Shown in pieces: positions 38,682 to 47,917 of a stretch of 64,000 nt of DNA. The notes below the pieces were generated by a model. That model saw nothing but the letters and a program-made list of their open reading frames with translations. It was not told the DNA's origin and ran no database searches. The stretch is from contig CAWETI010000002.1 in the NCBI GenBank assembly GCA_963812015.1, forward strand, positions 1,344,001 through 1,408,000. Reading direction: 5' to 3'. The position numbers and the translations under genes are program-made. Source of the stretch: an uncultured delta proteobacterium. Its GTDB lineage: Bacteria > Desulfobacterota > Desulfobaccia > Desulfobaccales > 0-14-0-80-60-11. Position 1 is the first letter of the stretch; each line of letters opens with the position of its first letter.

Positions 38682-38721
38682 TAGGTATTTTTGCCCAGAG
38701 GCAAATAGGCATTAGAGCCAA
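38682..38721 (+). promoter_or_regulatory. Candidate tandem regulator-binding site (TAGG-N8-CCYA, second TAGG 24 bp downstream)
   Basis: TAGGTATTTTTGCCCA at 38682 and TAGGCA at 38706; same architecture as 39283. Confidence 0.55.
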
Positions 38722-38814
38722 TATATTTCCCCGCTCCGATTCGCTACTCTGACAACCAGTCTTTCATCGAAGCTGAACGCCGGGGTCAGACGTAGCCGAT
38801 TGGAGCAGGAACCC

Positions 38815-39282
38815 ATGAACCGCCCCTATTATATTGTCTTAGCCGACGACCATATCCGGTTCCGCCAGGAATTGCGGAAGATCTTGGAAGAGATATCCGG
38901 CATCAAAGTTGTGGGCGAAGCCGGAGACCGTCGCGAACTCTTTGAACTATTAGAGCAATCACGGCCGGAAATGGTGATCCTGGATGTATCGATGGCCGAT
39001 CTGCGGGGCAGGGAAGGAACTCAACTCATCAAGTTGCGGTACCCGGGCATGAAGATCTTGATCATGGTCATGGATCAAGCCAGAGAATACCTGTCGTACG
39101 GATTGGCAGCCGGCGCCACCGGAATCTTGCCGAAACAATATGTGGCGGGCCAAATCGCTGGGGCCATTGCCGCAGTGCGCCGGGGGAAAATCTTTTTACC
39201 GCCTCAAATGCCGGAGAAAAGCAGTCCCTGGACTGCGGCGCCGGCGGCCACGGACCCTGGCCAGTTCGGGGTGAAGGAATGA
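38815..39282 (+). CDS. NarL-type receiver-only protein lacking the HTH
   Basis: LADDH..VVGEAGD..ILDVSM..PK; ends without a LuxR HTH. Confidence 0.8.
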   Translation: MNRPYYIVLADDHIRFRQELRKILEEISGIKVVGEAGDRRELFELLEQSRPEMVILDVSMADLRGREGTQLIKLRYPGMKILIMVMDQAREYLSYGLAAGATGILPKQYVAGQIAGAIAAVRRGKIFLPPQMPEKSSPWTAAPAATDPGQFGVKE

Positions 39283-39328
39283 TAGGTACTTTCGCCTAAG
39301 GGGGAATAGGTAGTTTCGCGGATTGACC
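39283..39328 (+). promoter_or_regulatory. Candidate tandem regulator-binding site abutting a -35 element
   Basis: Palindrome TAGG-TACTTTCG-CCTA at 39283, second TAGGTA at 39307, then TTGACC. Confidence 0.6.
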
Positions 39329-39438
39329 TCATCCCCCCAAACGCGGTTAAATGGCACCATGAAATCGTATGAATTTGCCTTATCCGCCATCCACGAGGAA
39401 TTCTCACACCAACCCGGGGGACATTGAGGAGCTGGCGC

Positions 39439-40542
39439 ATGGCTAAGTACGACATTCTGTTGATCAGCGATGGCACGAATCTCCTACAGGCGATCGGTTG
39501 GGTTTTGGAATATAAAGGCTTTGCGGTCGAGACGACGACCAGCCCGGAAGCCGCTCTGGAAGCCCTGGTGCGCAAGAACTATGATCTGGTGGTTGCCAAG
39601 CTCACCACGGACGATCTGGAGGGTCTGGACATCCTGAAGCGGGCCAAGCGGCTCAACCCTGAAGTTAAGGTCATGGTGGTCAGCGGCAATCATGACGCCA
39701 TCTTTCCCCTGGAAGCGTATGAGATTGAAGTAGACGATTACCTCTTGATGCCGGTGAGCCCCCCGGAACTGTGGCGGCGGGTGAGCCGTTGCCTGGAGGG
39801 GCGGGAGGTCGTAGACCTTGAGCCGGTGGTGGCGCCGAGCTCCAGGGAAGGTGACCAGGCGGGACCGCAGATGAGGCTCATGCTGCACGACATCAGGGGC
39901 GCCATGGTATCCAGCGCCGCATCGCTCAAGCTCTTGGCCCGGGGCTTCTATGGGGAAATGAGTGAAAAGGCCAAGGCCAAACTCCATGAAGTCACCGATC
40001 GGATCGAGACCATGGGTCACCTGACCGAGGAGTGCATCGACAGGCCCTTGGTGGATCACCAGCCTGGAAGCCGGGGGCGGGACGTGGTCGATTTAACCGA
40101 AGACGTGGTCGAGCCGGTTCTGGCTGAACTGGCCACGGAGATCCAGGCTCGTCAGATAACCCTGGTGAACCGGTTGCGTAATCAGCCGGAAGGCAAGATT
40201 CCGATCAGGGGCAGAAAGTCGTGGTTGAAGGGCGTCTTCCGGAATCTCATCAATAACGGCATGACCTATGGCGGCCGCGGCTGCACCATCGTGGTGGATT
40301 TGGAGATGGACGGGTCCAGTTGCCGCTTGCACGTGTATAACACCGGCAAAACCGTTCCCGAGGCCTGCCGGCCCATGCTCTTCTCTTATAGCGAGGGGAT
40401 GCGGCGGTCCAAAAAGAGTCGCCGGGGTTTAGGCCTCGGACTGTCCCTGAGCCGTGACATCATCCAGAACCAGGGCGGTGACATCTGGTATGAGGCGAAA
40501 GTTGACGGTTCCAATTTTGTGGTGTCTTTACCCCAGCATTGA
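39439..40542 (+). CDS. Pseudo-receiver plus atypical histidine kinase
   Basis: REC fold with DLVVAKL; H-box MLHDIRG; N-box FRNLINNG; G2 GLGLGL; ATG after GAGGAG. Confidence 0.8.
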   Translation: MAKYDILLISDGTNLLQAIGWVLEYKGFAVETTTSPEAALEALVRKNYDLVVAKLTTDDLEGLDILKRAKRLNPEVKVMVVSGNHDAIFPLEAYEIEVDDYLLMPVSPPELWRRVSRCLEGREVVDLEPVVAPSSREGDQAGPQMRLMLHDIRGAMVSSAASLKLLARGFYGEMSEKAKAKLHEVTDRIETMGHLTEECIDRPLVDHQPGSRGRDVVDLTEDVVEPVLAELATEIQARQITLVNRLRNQPEGKIPIRGRKSWLKGVFRNLINNGMTYGGRGCTIVVDLEMDGSSCRLHVYNTGKTVPEACRPMLFSYSEGMRRSKKSRRGLGLGLSLSRDIIQNQGGDIWYEAKVDGSNFVVSLPQH

Positions 40543-40620
40543 TCCTGGTTTGGCTTATAATCCATCAGGCGGTTGGCGCTCTTAACCGTCTCCGGGGAGA
40601 GTAGGGGAATTCGTTACCGC

Positions 40621-40654
40621 AGGGGCAGGGGCTGATATGGTCCTTGCCCCTTTT
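40621..40654 (+). terminator. Possible intrinsic terminator
   Basis: AGGGGCAGGG..CCTTGCCCCT stem followed by a short T run. Confidence 0.4.
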
Positions 40655-40730
40655 GGGGTGGGTCTTACCCACGTTGGGGGTTAACGGTCAGCAGGATTTA
40701 CTGAAATATTTGCCTTCCGGCGATTTTATC

Positions 40731-40759
40731 TTGACATTGGCAGGCTGGATCATTAAAAA
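40731..40759 (+). promoter_or_regulatory. Candidate sigma70 promoter of the cold-shock gene (long 5' UTR)
   Basis: TTGACA-17 nt-TAAAAA, about 150 nt upstream of the ATG. Confidence 0.45.
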
Positions 40760-40906
40760 GCGAGTAGGTATGTCAGATTGAAGGCAGGGCCGGGCCCTGG
40801 ACCAAAATTGGAACGGAACGCACTTACCGTTCTTTTTTATCTGACTGCTGGTTCACGTCTCTGCCCCAAACGGCATGGTTTCAATCTTCAGGAGGATTTA
40901 TTCAGC

Positions 40907-41110
40907 ATGAGAGTTAAGGGAAAGGTAAAATGGTTTAATGATGCGAAGGGTTATGGTTTCATTTCCCAAGAGGACGGCACTGATGTCTTCGTGCATCATT
41001 CCGCCATCCAGGGAGAGGGGTTCAAGTCTCTCCAGGAAAACCAGGAGGTTGAGTTTGAAGTGGTCCAGGGCGCCAAAGGGCTCCAGGCCCAGAACGTCAT
41101 CAAGCTCTGA
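40907..41110 (+). CDS. cspA: Cold-shock protein (CspA family)
   Basis: [41 protein letters not shown]. Confidence 0.96.
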   Translation: MRVKGKVKWFNDAKGYGFISQEDGTDVFVHHSAIQGEGFKSLQENQEVEFEVVQGAKGLQAQNVIKL

Positions 41111-41131
41111 TATTCAAGGCTAACCGGGCGA

Positions 41132-41169
41132 GACTCCAGGGGTCTTGGGCCCCTGGAGTTTGTTTTTTT
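41132..41169 (+). terminator. Intrinsic terminator after the csp gene
   Basis: GACTCCAGGGG-loop-CCCCTGGAGTT followed by TGTTTTTTT. Confidence 0.75.
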
Positions 41170-41425
41170 CACCTGCCGGCGGCGGGCATCCCGCCTCGCC
41201 GGCTGCCCCCGGCCGGGGGTTGCCGCCAACCGCTCGTGCTCCTGCCGTCGGCCTCTCCCGGCGAGGTCAAAGGGCCGGGAGTTGGAGCGATACCCACCCC
41301 ATCAGCCTGCCGCATCCCCGTGTTTACCCGCTCTCCGCAGCCTGGCCGCCAGAAAAGGATTGACCGGGGCCGGTTTTATTGTTATTTTGTACCTTAATAA
41401 TTGATCAGCCTCAGGGGGCGTTGGA

Positions 41426-42160
41426 ATGTCCAAACTTGCGAATTATTTTACCAAGGCTGACCGCAAGAAGCTGTTTTTTGATTATCTTAAGCTCGTCGGG
41501 ATCCTCGAGATTGTCATTTTTATCGTGGTGGTCCTGTGGGCTTCCGATGATAAATACCACCGGGTGCAGTCCGCCTTCCCCTGGCGGGAATATGTCTTTG
41601 TGGCCTTTGCCTTCCCGATTGTCTTCACCTTCCTCATGGGGGTGATTATCACCGGATTCAACTATTTTCTGGGAGGTGAAGAGGAGGTTAAGGCTGAAAG
41701 CGGGGAAACGCCCATCAACCAGATGGATGCGGTGGTCAGCCAAATCAAGCGCCTGCCCTACCTGAGCATTTTATTTCTGTTGTTGGTGACCATATTCGCC
41801 CTCTACAATATGAACCATATCATGGCCTGGTTGCGCGATTTGGGCTATGACACCTTCCGTTTTCTGAGTTATGTGCTGGCCGGACTGGGCGTCATCGTGG
41901 TCATCTACATGGTGTTCTTCCTATTTTTCAAATACCGCCTCAACCATAAGCACATGAAATACCAATATTATTCTGACATTTCCGCCAGACACGGGCTGAT
42001 TATCCTGGACGACCAGACCGTGCTCCACAAGAACGGCAATCTCCTGGTGAAGGGGCGGCGTTGGCGGGGGCCCAAGCAGGTGGGGACCGCGCCTGCCCAA
42101 CCGGAATTGTATGGTCCGGAGCCACCCAACCGGGACCACCTGCCGTTGCCCAAACCCTGA
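41426..42160 (+). CDS. Hypothetical membrane protein (about 4 TM)
   Basis: Four hydrophobic segments, coding-like codon use, TGATG coupling to the next gene. Confidence 0.75.
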   Translation: MSKLANYFTKADRKKLFFDYLKLVGILEIVIFIVVVLWASDDKYHRVQSAFPWREYVFVAFAFPIVFTFLMGVIITGFNYFLGGEEEVKAESGETPINQMDAVVSQIKRLPYLSILFLLLVTIFALYNMNHIMAWLRDLGYDTFRFLSYVLAGLGVIVVIYMVFFLFFKYRLNHKHMKYQYYSDISARHGLIILDDQTVLHKNGNLLVKGRRWRGPKQVGTAPAQPELYGPEPPNRDHLPLPKP

Positions 42161-43182
42161 TGTCCCCGACGTCTGTGGGCCGGGACGCCACCCGGGCCTG
42201 CCGGATCCTCGTTATGGCTGCACTCCCCCTGGAAGTGCGGCCTTTTTTGCGCCGGGTCAAGGCCCGGGCCCGTCGGGACCTGGGGCTGCCGGCCTGGGAG
42301 TTTGAGCCGGGGCCGGGAGTGGCGGCCCTGTCCGGGATGGGCGCGGCGGCGGCCCGCCGGGCCGGGCAAATCCTGGTGGACCGCTGCCGTCCCGACCTCC
42401 TGGTCTCCCTGGGGTTCGGCGGCGCCCTGGCCCCGGGGTTGGCGGCCGGAGATCTGGTCCTGGGCGAGAGCTTCTGGCACTATAATCCCGACACCCGTGA
42501 GCTCAACCCAGGCCCGCATCCGGCTCCCCCCCGGCCCCTGCCGCTCCTGGTGGGGGCCCTCAGAAAAGGGGGGCTTACCGCGGTCACCGGGAGCCTGGTC
42601 ACCACCACCCGCATTATCCATAAAGAGCGTCAGGGAGTACCATTGGCCGGGCTGCCCCAGCCGGTTCTGGACCTGGAAACCGCGGCCCTGGCGGAGGTGG
42701 CCGCGGCTCAGGGGCTGGCTTTTTTGAGCCTCAGGGCCATGACCGACGTGGCCGGGGAAGAGATCCCGGGATTTCTCCATGATGCCGGGGGCCGGGAGAC
42801 GACTGTGGGGGTATTGCCGGCCCTCAGGTGGCTGGCGGCCGACTTTCGGAGGGTAAAGGACCTCCTGCACCTCTGGCGCCGGAGTTGCGGCGCCGCCCGG
42901 GTTCTGGCCCTGGCCTTGATGATCCTATGGCCTTTACTGCTGGCTGCCGGGGGCGAGCTTGAGGGCCAGCCAGCTCAGGAAGGGGACGTAGATGAAGATC
43001 CCCACCCAGCCCAGGCAGGTTTCCCCGATGCGGAAGGTCATGGCCAGGTTAAAGCCCAGAATGCCCAGGTAGAAAGCGGGGCCCAGAAGGGCTTGGGAAG
43101 GAAAGTGCCACCGGCCCCAATCCCACCAGGGGGAAGGCGGCACCCGGGTGGCGAGAAGCTGCAAGACCCGGATAAGTCCTAA
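42160..43182 (+). CDS. Nucleoside phosphorylase-like protein (HpnG/MTAN-like)
   Basis: VMAALPLE, SGMG, LLVSLGFGGAL..GDLV, LDLETAALA, LRAMTD; the C-terminal tail overlaps the opposite gene. Confidence 0.78.
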   Translation: MSPTSVGRDATRACRILVMAALPLEVRPFLRRVKARARRDLGLPAWEFEPGPGVAALSGMGAAAARRAGQILVDRCRPDLLVSLGFGGALAPGLAAGDLVLGESFWHYNPDTRELNPGPHPAPPRPLPLLVGALRKGGLTAVTGSLVTTTRIIHKERQGVPLAGLPQPVLDLETAALAEVAAAQGLAFLSLRAMTDVAGEEIPGFLHDAGGRETTVGVLPALRWLAADFRRVKDLLHLWRRSCGAARVLALALMILWPLLLAAGGELEGQPAQEGDVDEDPHPAQAGFPDAEGHGQVKAQNAQVESGAQKGLGRKVPPAPIPPGGRRHPGGEKLQDPDKS

Positions 43183-43731
43183 AGCCACCAGAAACCAGCC
43201 GCCGAAGTTGATCAAGGTAATGCCGAAGTAGACCCCGGAATCGGGATAGCCGTAGATTTGCCCCAAAAACCAGCGGTAACCCCGGAGAGCCAGGGGGTCG
43301 ATGACGATATCCAGGGTCACCATCAATACCGCCCCCAGGATTAAAGGGCGCCAGGCCCCCTGCATGGTGGCCTCTCCCCGGAGAGAGAACCGGCCCCCCT
43401 CCCAGCGCCCCGGCGTCAACGCCACCAGGGCCAGGCAATAACTGGCATAGGCCATAAAGACATAGGACAGGGAATCCATGAAGGGCACCCCGGCCACCCA
43501 GATTTCCTGGTTCAGCGTGGCGGGGATGTAAAGGTACTCGCCGAAGGGAAAGCCCACATGAATGGAGGCGAACTCGGCCGCCCAGGAGAGGGAATATCCC
43601 AAAACCAGGAAGGCCAGAGCCCGGCCGCCGCCCAGGTGCCAGGTGGCCAGCAGCAGATAGGCTCCAAAAAAGATGAACACATAGGGCCTGAGCCAGATGG
43701 TGCCCGCCAGGAGCCCCAAAAAGTGGACCAT
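42934..43731 (-). CDS. CruF-like / DUF422 'carotenoid biosynthesis' membrane protein
   Basis: AEF.SI..GFPFGEY.Y, GVP, DIVIDP, YFGI...NFGGW. Confidence 0.8.
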   Translation of the reverse strand: MVHFLGLLAGTIWLRPYVFIFFGAYLLLATWHLGGGRALAFLVLGYSLSWAAEFASIHVGFPFGEYLYIPATLNQEIWVAGVPFMDSLSYVFMAYASYCLALVALTPGRWEGGRFSLRGEATMQGAWRPLILGAVLMVTLDIVIDPLALRGYRWFLGQIYGYPDSGVYFGITLINFGGWFLVALGLIRVLQLLATRVPPSPWWDWGRWHFPSQALLGPAFYLGILGFNLAMTFRIGETCLGWVGIFIYVPFLSWLALKLAPGSQQ

Positions 43732-44049
43732 ACCGATCGTCTCCCTTGGAGGATGTGAGCCAGTGCCCCCGGACCTCCAAACCGCCTCGGATGTAGCGTC
43801 GTGTGACTTGAAACCATACCACAAAGCCGGTTTCCCGGTCAAATGACGGGGCCGGGAAACCGACGGTCGGGGTCTTTTCGCCCAATAAAGGGGCGTAGTT
43901 CAACCAGGGGTGGGGGGACCCTGCCCCTACAAGGGTGCTGATCGGCTACTGATTTACCCCGCACTCTATGATACAATCCTAATGAGATAAACGGCACGGG
44001 TCCTGGAGGGACACCGGCCACATCTCGCCGCCTTGGGAGGAAGTTCTCG

Positions 44050-45789
44050 GTGAAGGTAGTTCTGGCCCAAACCGCCGGTTTTTGCATCGGGGTCAAACGG
44101 GCATTGGAATTGGTCCTGAAGGCCATCAATGAAAACCAGGCTAAGATTTACACCTATGGTCCGCTGATCCACAACCCCCAGGTCCTGGAATTATTGCGAG
44201 AACGGGGGATTTCGATTCTCAAGCCTGGGGAGGACGTCCCCCCGGGACTGGTAGTGATCCGGGCCCACGGCATCCCTCCCCAGGAACGGCGCCTGCTGGA
44301 GCAGGGCGGCGGGCGCATCATCGACGCCACCTGCCCCAGGGTGGCCAAGGTCCAGGCCATCATCCAGCGCTGGGCCGCCAAAGGGTGCGCCACCCTGATC
44401 GTGGGGGATGCCGATCATCCGGAGGTGCGGGGCTTGATGGGCTACACCGAGGGGCGGGGTTACGTGGTGTCCACCTCCCGGGATGTCGCGGCCTTGCCTG
44501 ACTTGGACGAACTGATCGTGGTGGCCCAAACCACCCAGAGCAAATCCCAGTTCGATGCCCGGGTCCAGGAAATTACCGCCCGGTTTCCCCAGGCCCAGAT
44601 TTTTAATACCATCTGCGATGCCACCGCCTCCCGCCAGGCCGAGGTCCAGGAACTGTCCCGGCAGGCGGAGGCCCTGGTAGTGGTGGGGGGACGCAACAGC
44701 GGCAATACCCAAAGGCTGGTGGAGGTCTCCCAGGAGACCGGCATTGCCACCTACCAGGTGGAGACCGAGCAGGAACTGGACCTGGTGGAAATGAGCCGCT
44801 ATCAAACCGTGGCCGTGACGGCCGGAGCCTCCACGCCCCACTGGCTCATCAGCAACGTGGTGAACACCTTGAAGCATGCCTGGGCCTTTCGTCCCGGCTC
44901 CTGGACCAACTATCTGTACCGCGCCTGGCGCTTCGTCCTCAAGTCCAACTTATATGTGGCCATCGGCGCCGGGTCCCTCAGCTACACCTCATCCTTGCTG
45001 CAGCAGGTAGAGCCCCAGTGGAGCTATTTTTTCGTGGCCTTCTTCTATGTCTATGCCATGCACCTCCTCAACCATTTCACCGACACGGCCTCCAAGCTCA
45101 ACGATCCGGTCCAGACCATGTTTTACGGCCGCCACCGGCACTTTCTCCTGGTCACCGGCCTGCTCTCCGCCTGCATGGCCCTGGGCCTGGGAGCCTACCT
45201 GGGGCTGTTGCCGTTTATCTTTGTCTTGGTCATGAGCTGTATCGGCCTGATGTACAGTTTCAAAATCATCCCGGAGCGTCTGGCCCAGGCCACCGGCATT
45301 CACCGGCTCAAGGAGATCCCCGGCTCCAAGACCATGTTCACCTCGGTGGCCTGGGGGGTGCTGGCGGCCCTCATCCCGGTGGTGTGCTCCGACCAGGAAA
45401 TCTCCGGGGCCACCGCCATCGCCTTTTTCTTCGTGGCCGGCATGATCTTCATCCGTTCCGGCCTCTTTGAGATCATGGCCATCGAAGGGGACCGGGTGGT
45501 GGGCAAGGAAACCCTGGCCATCGCCCTGGGCAAAGAGCGCACCTTCATCCTGCTGTTCTGCGGTTCTCTGGCCTTTGTGGCCATGTTGCTCGTGGCCGCC
45601 TGGAGGGGCGCCATCCCTTCCCTGGGCTACACCCTGAGCCTGTCCGGGCTCTATATGCTGGGCTATCTCACCCTTTATCACCGGGGCCTGATGGAATCGA
45701 GCCTGTTGCTGGAGTCCCTGGTGGAAGGCAACATGATCCTGGCCGGCATCCTGGCCTTTATCTGGGATCCATATAACGTGATTTTTTAA
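44050..45789 (+). CDS. ispH: IspH (HMBPP reductase) fused to a C-terminal UbiA-like membrane domain
   Basis: AGFC.GV, IHNP, RAHG, DATCP, HPEV, QTT, NTIC, SGNT, TAGASTP; then about 8 TM helices with NHFTD, KEIPGSK and EGD..VGKET. Confidence 0.92.
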   Translation: MKVVLAQTAGFCIGVKRALELVLKAINENQAKIYTYGPLIHNPQVLELLRERGISILKPGEDVPPGLVVIRAHGIPPQERRLLEQGGGRIIDATCPRVAKVQAIIQRWAAKGCATLIVGDADHPEVRGLMGYTEGRGYVVSTSRDVAALPDLDELIVVAQTTQSKSQFDARVQEITARFPQAQIFNTICDATASRQAEVQELSRQAEALVVVGGRNSGNTQRLVEVSQETGIATYQVETEQELDLVEMSRYQTVAVTAGASTPHWLISNVVNTLKHAWAFRPGSWTNYLYRAWRFVLKSNLYVAIGAGSLSYTSSLLQQVEPQWSYFFVAFFYVYAMHLLNHFTDTASKLNDPVQTMFYGRHRHFLLVTGLLSACMALGLGAYLGLLPFIFVLVMSCIGLMYSFKIIPERLAQATGIHRLKEIPGSKTMFTSVAWGVLAALIPVVCSDQEISGATAIAFFFVAGMIFIRSGLFEIMAIEGDRVVGKETLAIALGKERTFILLFCGSLAFVAMLLVAAWRGAIPSLGYTLSLSGLYMLGYLTLYHRGLMESSLLLESLVEGNMILAGILAFIWDPYNVIF

Positions 45790-45987
45790 GAGCCATCGGC
45801 AATCAGCTTTCAGGGAATACCCCGGAGAAGTGAATGCGGTCCCAAGATAGGGTGGGAACCGCCTAGCCTACCTCGCTTTCCAAAACCGCCGAACGCGGCT
45901 GTTCTCTATTCCTGCCAAACTGCGCTTCCCCCGGGAATTTCCCTCGGTTCGGGAGCGTCTTATACCGAATTGCCAACAACCGACAAT
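45790..45987. repeat. Degenerate inverted heptamer-arm element right after the ispH stop
   Basis: Left arm AGCCATC GGCAATC AGCTTTC AG; right arm ACCGAAT TGCCAAC AACCGAC AA. Confidence 0.5.
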
Positions 45988-45991
45988 TTTT

Positions 45992-46053
45992 TGTAGGGGC
46001 GGACCCATGTGTCCGCCCTGGATTGAGGGCGCACACGCGGGTGCGCCCCTACA
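45992..46053. repeat. GTAG-type REP doublet
   Basis: TGTAGGGGCGGACccatgtGTCCGCCC..GGGCGCACacgcggGTGCGCCCCTACA. Confidence 0.8.
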
Positions 46054-46224
46054 ATTCCGCATTTTTTGATTGCGACTCGGTATTACCCACCCGGAATGAG
46101 GCGTGAGACGCGCCCGTGGGGGTAGTGAAGTTTTTTAAGGTTGGTGATGGCCCCCGACCGAAAACTGCCGGAAACCGCAAGGGGAACAAGTCAAGAGGAG
46201 CGTGCATTTTTTTGCAATTTTTTA

Positions 46225-46253
46225 TTGACAAAAGGTTTGGGCCAATTTAATAT
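46225..46253 (+). promoter_or_regulatory. sigma70 promoter upstream of the porin gene
   Basis: TTGACA-17 nt-TAATAT preceded by an AT-rich UP-like tract. Confidence 0.7.
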
Positions 46254-46373
46254 GGCCGTGGATAAAACCCGTAGAGGGAAGGAGGTGGGAGGGAAGCCAA
46301 CAATAATCAATGCTTTAGGTGAAAATGGAAAGGAGAAACTGGTAACCACTTTCCTAAATTAAAGGGGGGAACA

Positions 46374-47852
46374 ATGAAAAAGTTTATAGTCTTCGCGGTA
46401 GTTCTGGCCTTGCTGGTGCCTTCTTTGGCCCTGGCCACGGAATTCACCTTGGGTGGTTTCATCAAATTGGATGCCTTCTGGGATTCCGTCCAGCAAGGCA
46501 AGAACATGAACGGTACCATTGGCCGCAACAATGACCCCAACTTGGACCACGGCCGGCTGAAGTTCACGGCCCAGGGCTCCCGGTTCAACTTCACCATCAA
46601 GGGTCCGGACCTCTGGGGCGCTAAGACCACCGGCTACATCGAAATGGACTTTGATATTAACGAGCAGGGCGCCACCACTGCTGCCGGTATCCCGGCAGTA
46701 GCGAACACTGCCAGCGCCTCGAACAACTACGCGCCGCGGCTGCGGCACGCCATGTTCCGGTTCAACTGGCCTGAGACCGAACTGCTGTTCGGCCAGTACT
46801 GGTCCATGTTCTGCGAATGGTATCCTGAACTGGCGGAAGACGGCCCGTTCCAGACCACCGGCATTCCCACCGCCCGGATCCCCCAGATCCGCTTCACCCA
46901 GCAGTTCCTGGGCTGGGGGACGGCGTCTGTGTTGGTCGGCAGTGCCAATACCGCGAGCAATGGCCAGGTCTATTCGACCTTTGACACCAGCGGGCAGTCG
47001 ACTGCGACCCCCCAGGTGCAGGGGAAATTGCAGTACGCCCAGGACTTGTGGGGTAAGGCGGCGTATTACGGGAAACCCACTCCCTTCACCGCCCAGGTCG
47101 TAGCGGGTTGGCAGCGGAGTGGCTTTGCGCAAAACTTTGCCAATGCCACTTACTTTACCTTTGGTCAGAATACCTGGTCTAACTTTTTAACTGGCGCTAA
47201 TACCGCTGGGATCAATCTCAAACATACGACCCTGAATCCCTGGATGGTCATGGGAACCGCGTTTATCCCGGTCATTCCCACCCACAGCGCCAATCTCACC
47301 GGGACCGCCTCGCTGTTGGCGAACTGGTGGATCGGGGCCGGGGTTGACTCCTTTGGGATGGCAGGCGCGACCAACCCCATTAAGTTCAATGATAACAATA
47401 ACGGGATCTATTCGTATAACTACGAGTTGGAGCAGCGCTTCGGCGGCTTCGTCCAGGGTCAGTACTACTTCAACAACGAGTGGAATGTCACCGTGGCCTA
47501 CGGCATGAGCAGGGTCTTCGGCCTCAGCCAGTCGGATACGAACGCGGCCGCCGCCCGGGGCCTTGCTGCTGGAGGCATCAATGCGCCCGGTTACGTCTAT
47601 GCCTTTAACGCTGATGCGTCGAAGCTGCAGCAGCAGTTGGAAGGGATTCTGTGGTACCGGCCCATCCAGGCCATCAAATTCGGTCTGGAATACGCCTATG
47701 GCCAAACCACGTGGTTTCAAAGCACGGGACAGGCTGCTGCATTTCCTACGGGTGCGGTCCCCGCTGTTACTGCTTTCAATGCCACCCCGGTCAACACCTC
47801 GAATGTGGGCAATGCCCACCGGGTGGAGTTCGTCGGGTTCTTCTACTTCTAA
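46374..47852 (+). CDS. Outer-membrane beta-barrel porin (DcaP-like)
   Basis: Signal peptide, GGFIKLD, SRFNF, GYIEMDF, RLRHA, GQYWS, RIPQIR, C-terminal aromatic FFYF. Confidence 0.82.
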   Translation: MKKFIVFAVVLALLVPSLALATEFTLGGFIKLDAFWDSVQQGKNMNGTIGRNNDPNLDHGRLKFTAQGSRFNFTIKGPDLWGAKTTGYIEMDFDINEQGATTAAGIPAVANTASASNNYAPRLRHAMFRFNWPETELLFGQYWSMFCEWYPELAEDGPFQTTGIPTARIPQIRFTQQFLGWGTASVLVGSANTASNGQVYSTFDTSGQSTATPQVQGKLQYAQDLWGKAAYYGKPTPFTAQVVAGWQRSGFAQNFANATYFTFGQNTWSNFLTGANTAGINLKHTTLNPWMVMGTAFIPVIPTHSANLTGTASLLANWWIGAGVDSFGMAGATNPIKFNDNNNGIYSYNYELEQRFGGFVQGQYYFNNEWNVTVAYGMSRVFGLSQSDTNAAAARGLAAGGINAPGYVYAFNADASKLQQQLEGILWYRPIQAIKFGLEYAYGQTTWFQSTGQAAAFPTGAVPAVTAFNATPVNTSNVGNAHRVEFVGFFYF

Positions 47853-47875
47853 CCTGAAAACCGGTTGACTTCAAC

Positions 47876-47912
47876 CAGCCCACAGGGTAATATCCCTGTG
47901 GGCTTTTTATTT
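47876..47912 (+). terminator. Intrinsic terminator after the porin
   Basis: AGCCCACAGGG-taatat-CCCTGTGGGCT followed by TTTTATTT. Confidence 0.85.
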
Positions 47913-47917
47913 CTTGA

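Noticed and set aside
43828..43862. Hairpin CGGTTTCCCGG..CCGGGAAACCG as an ncRNA
   Set aside because: Single isolated stem in a divergent promoter region with no other support.
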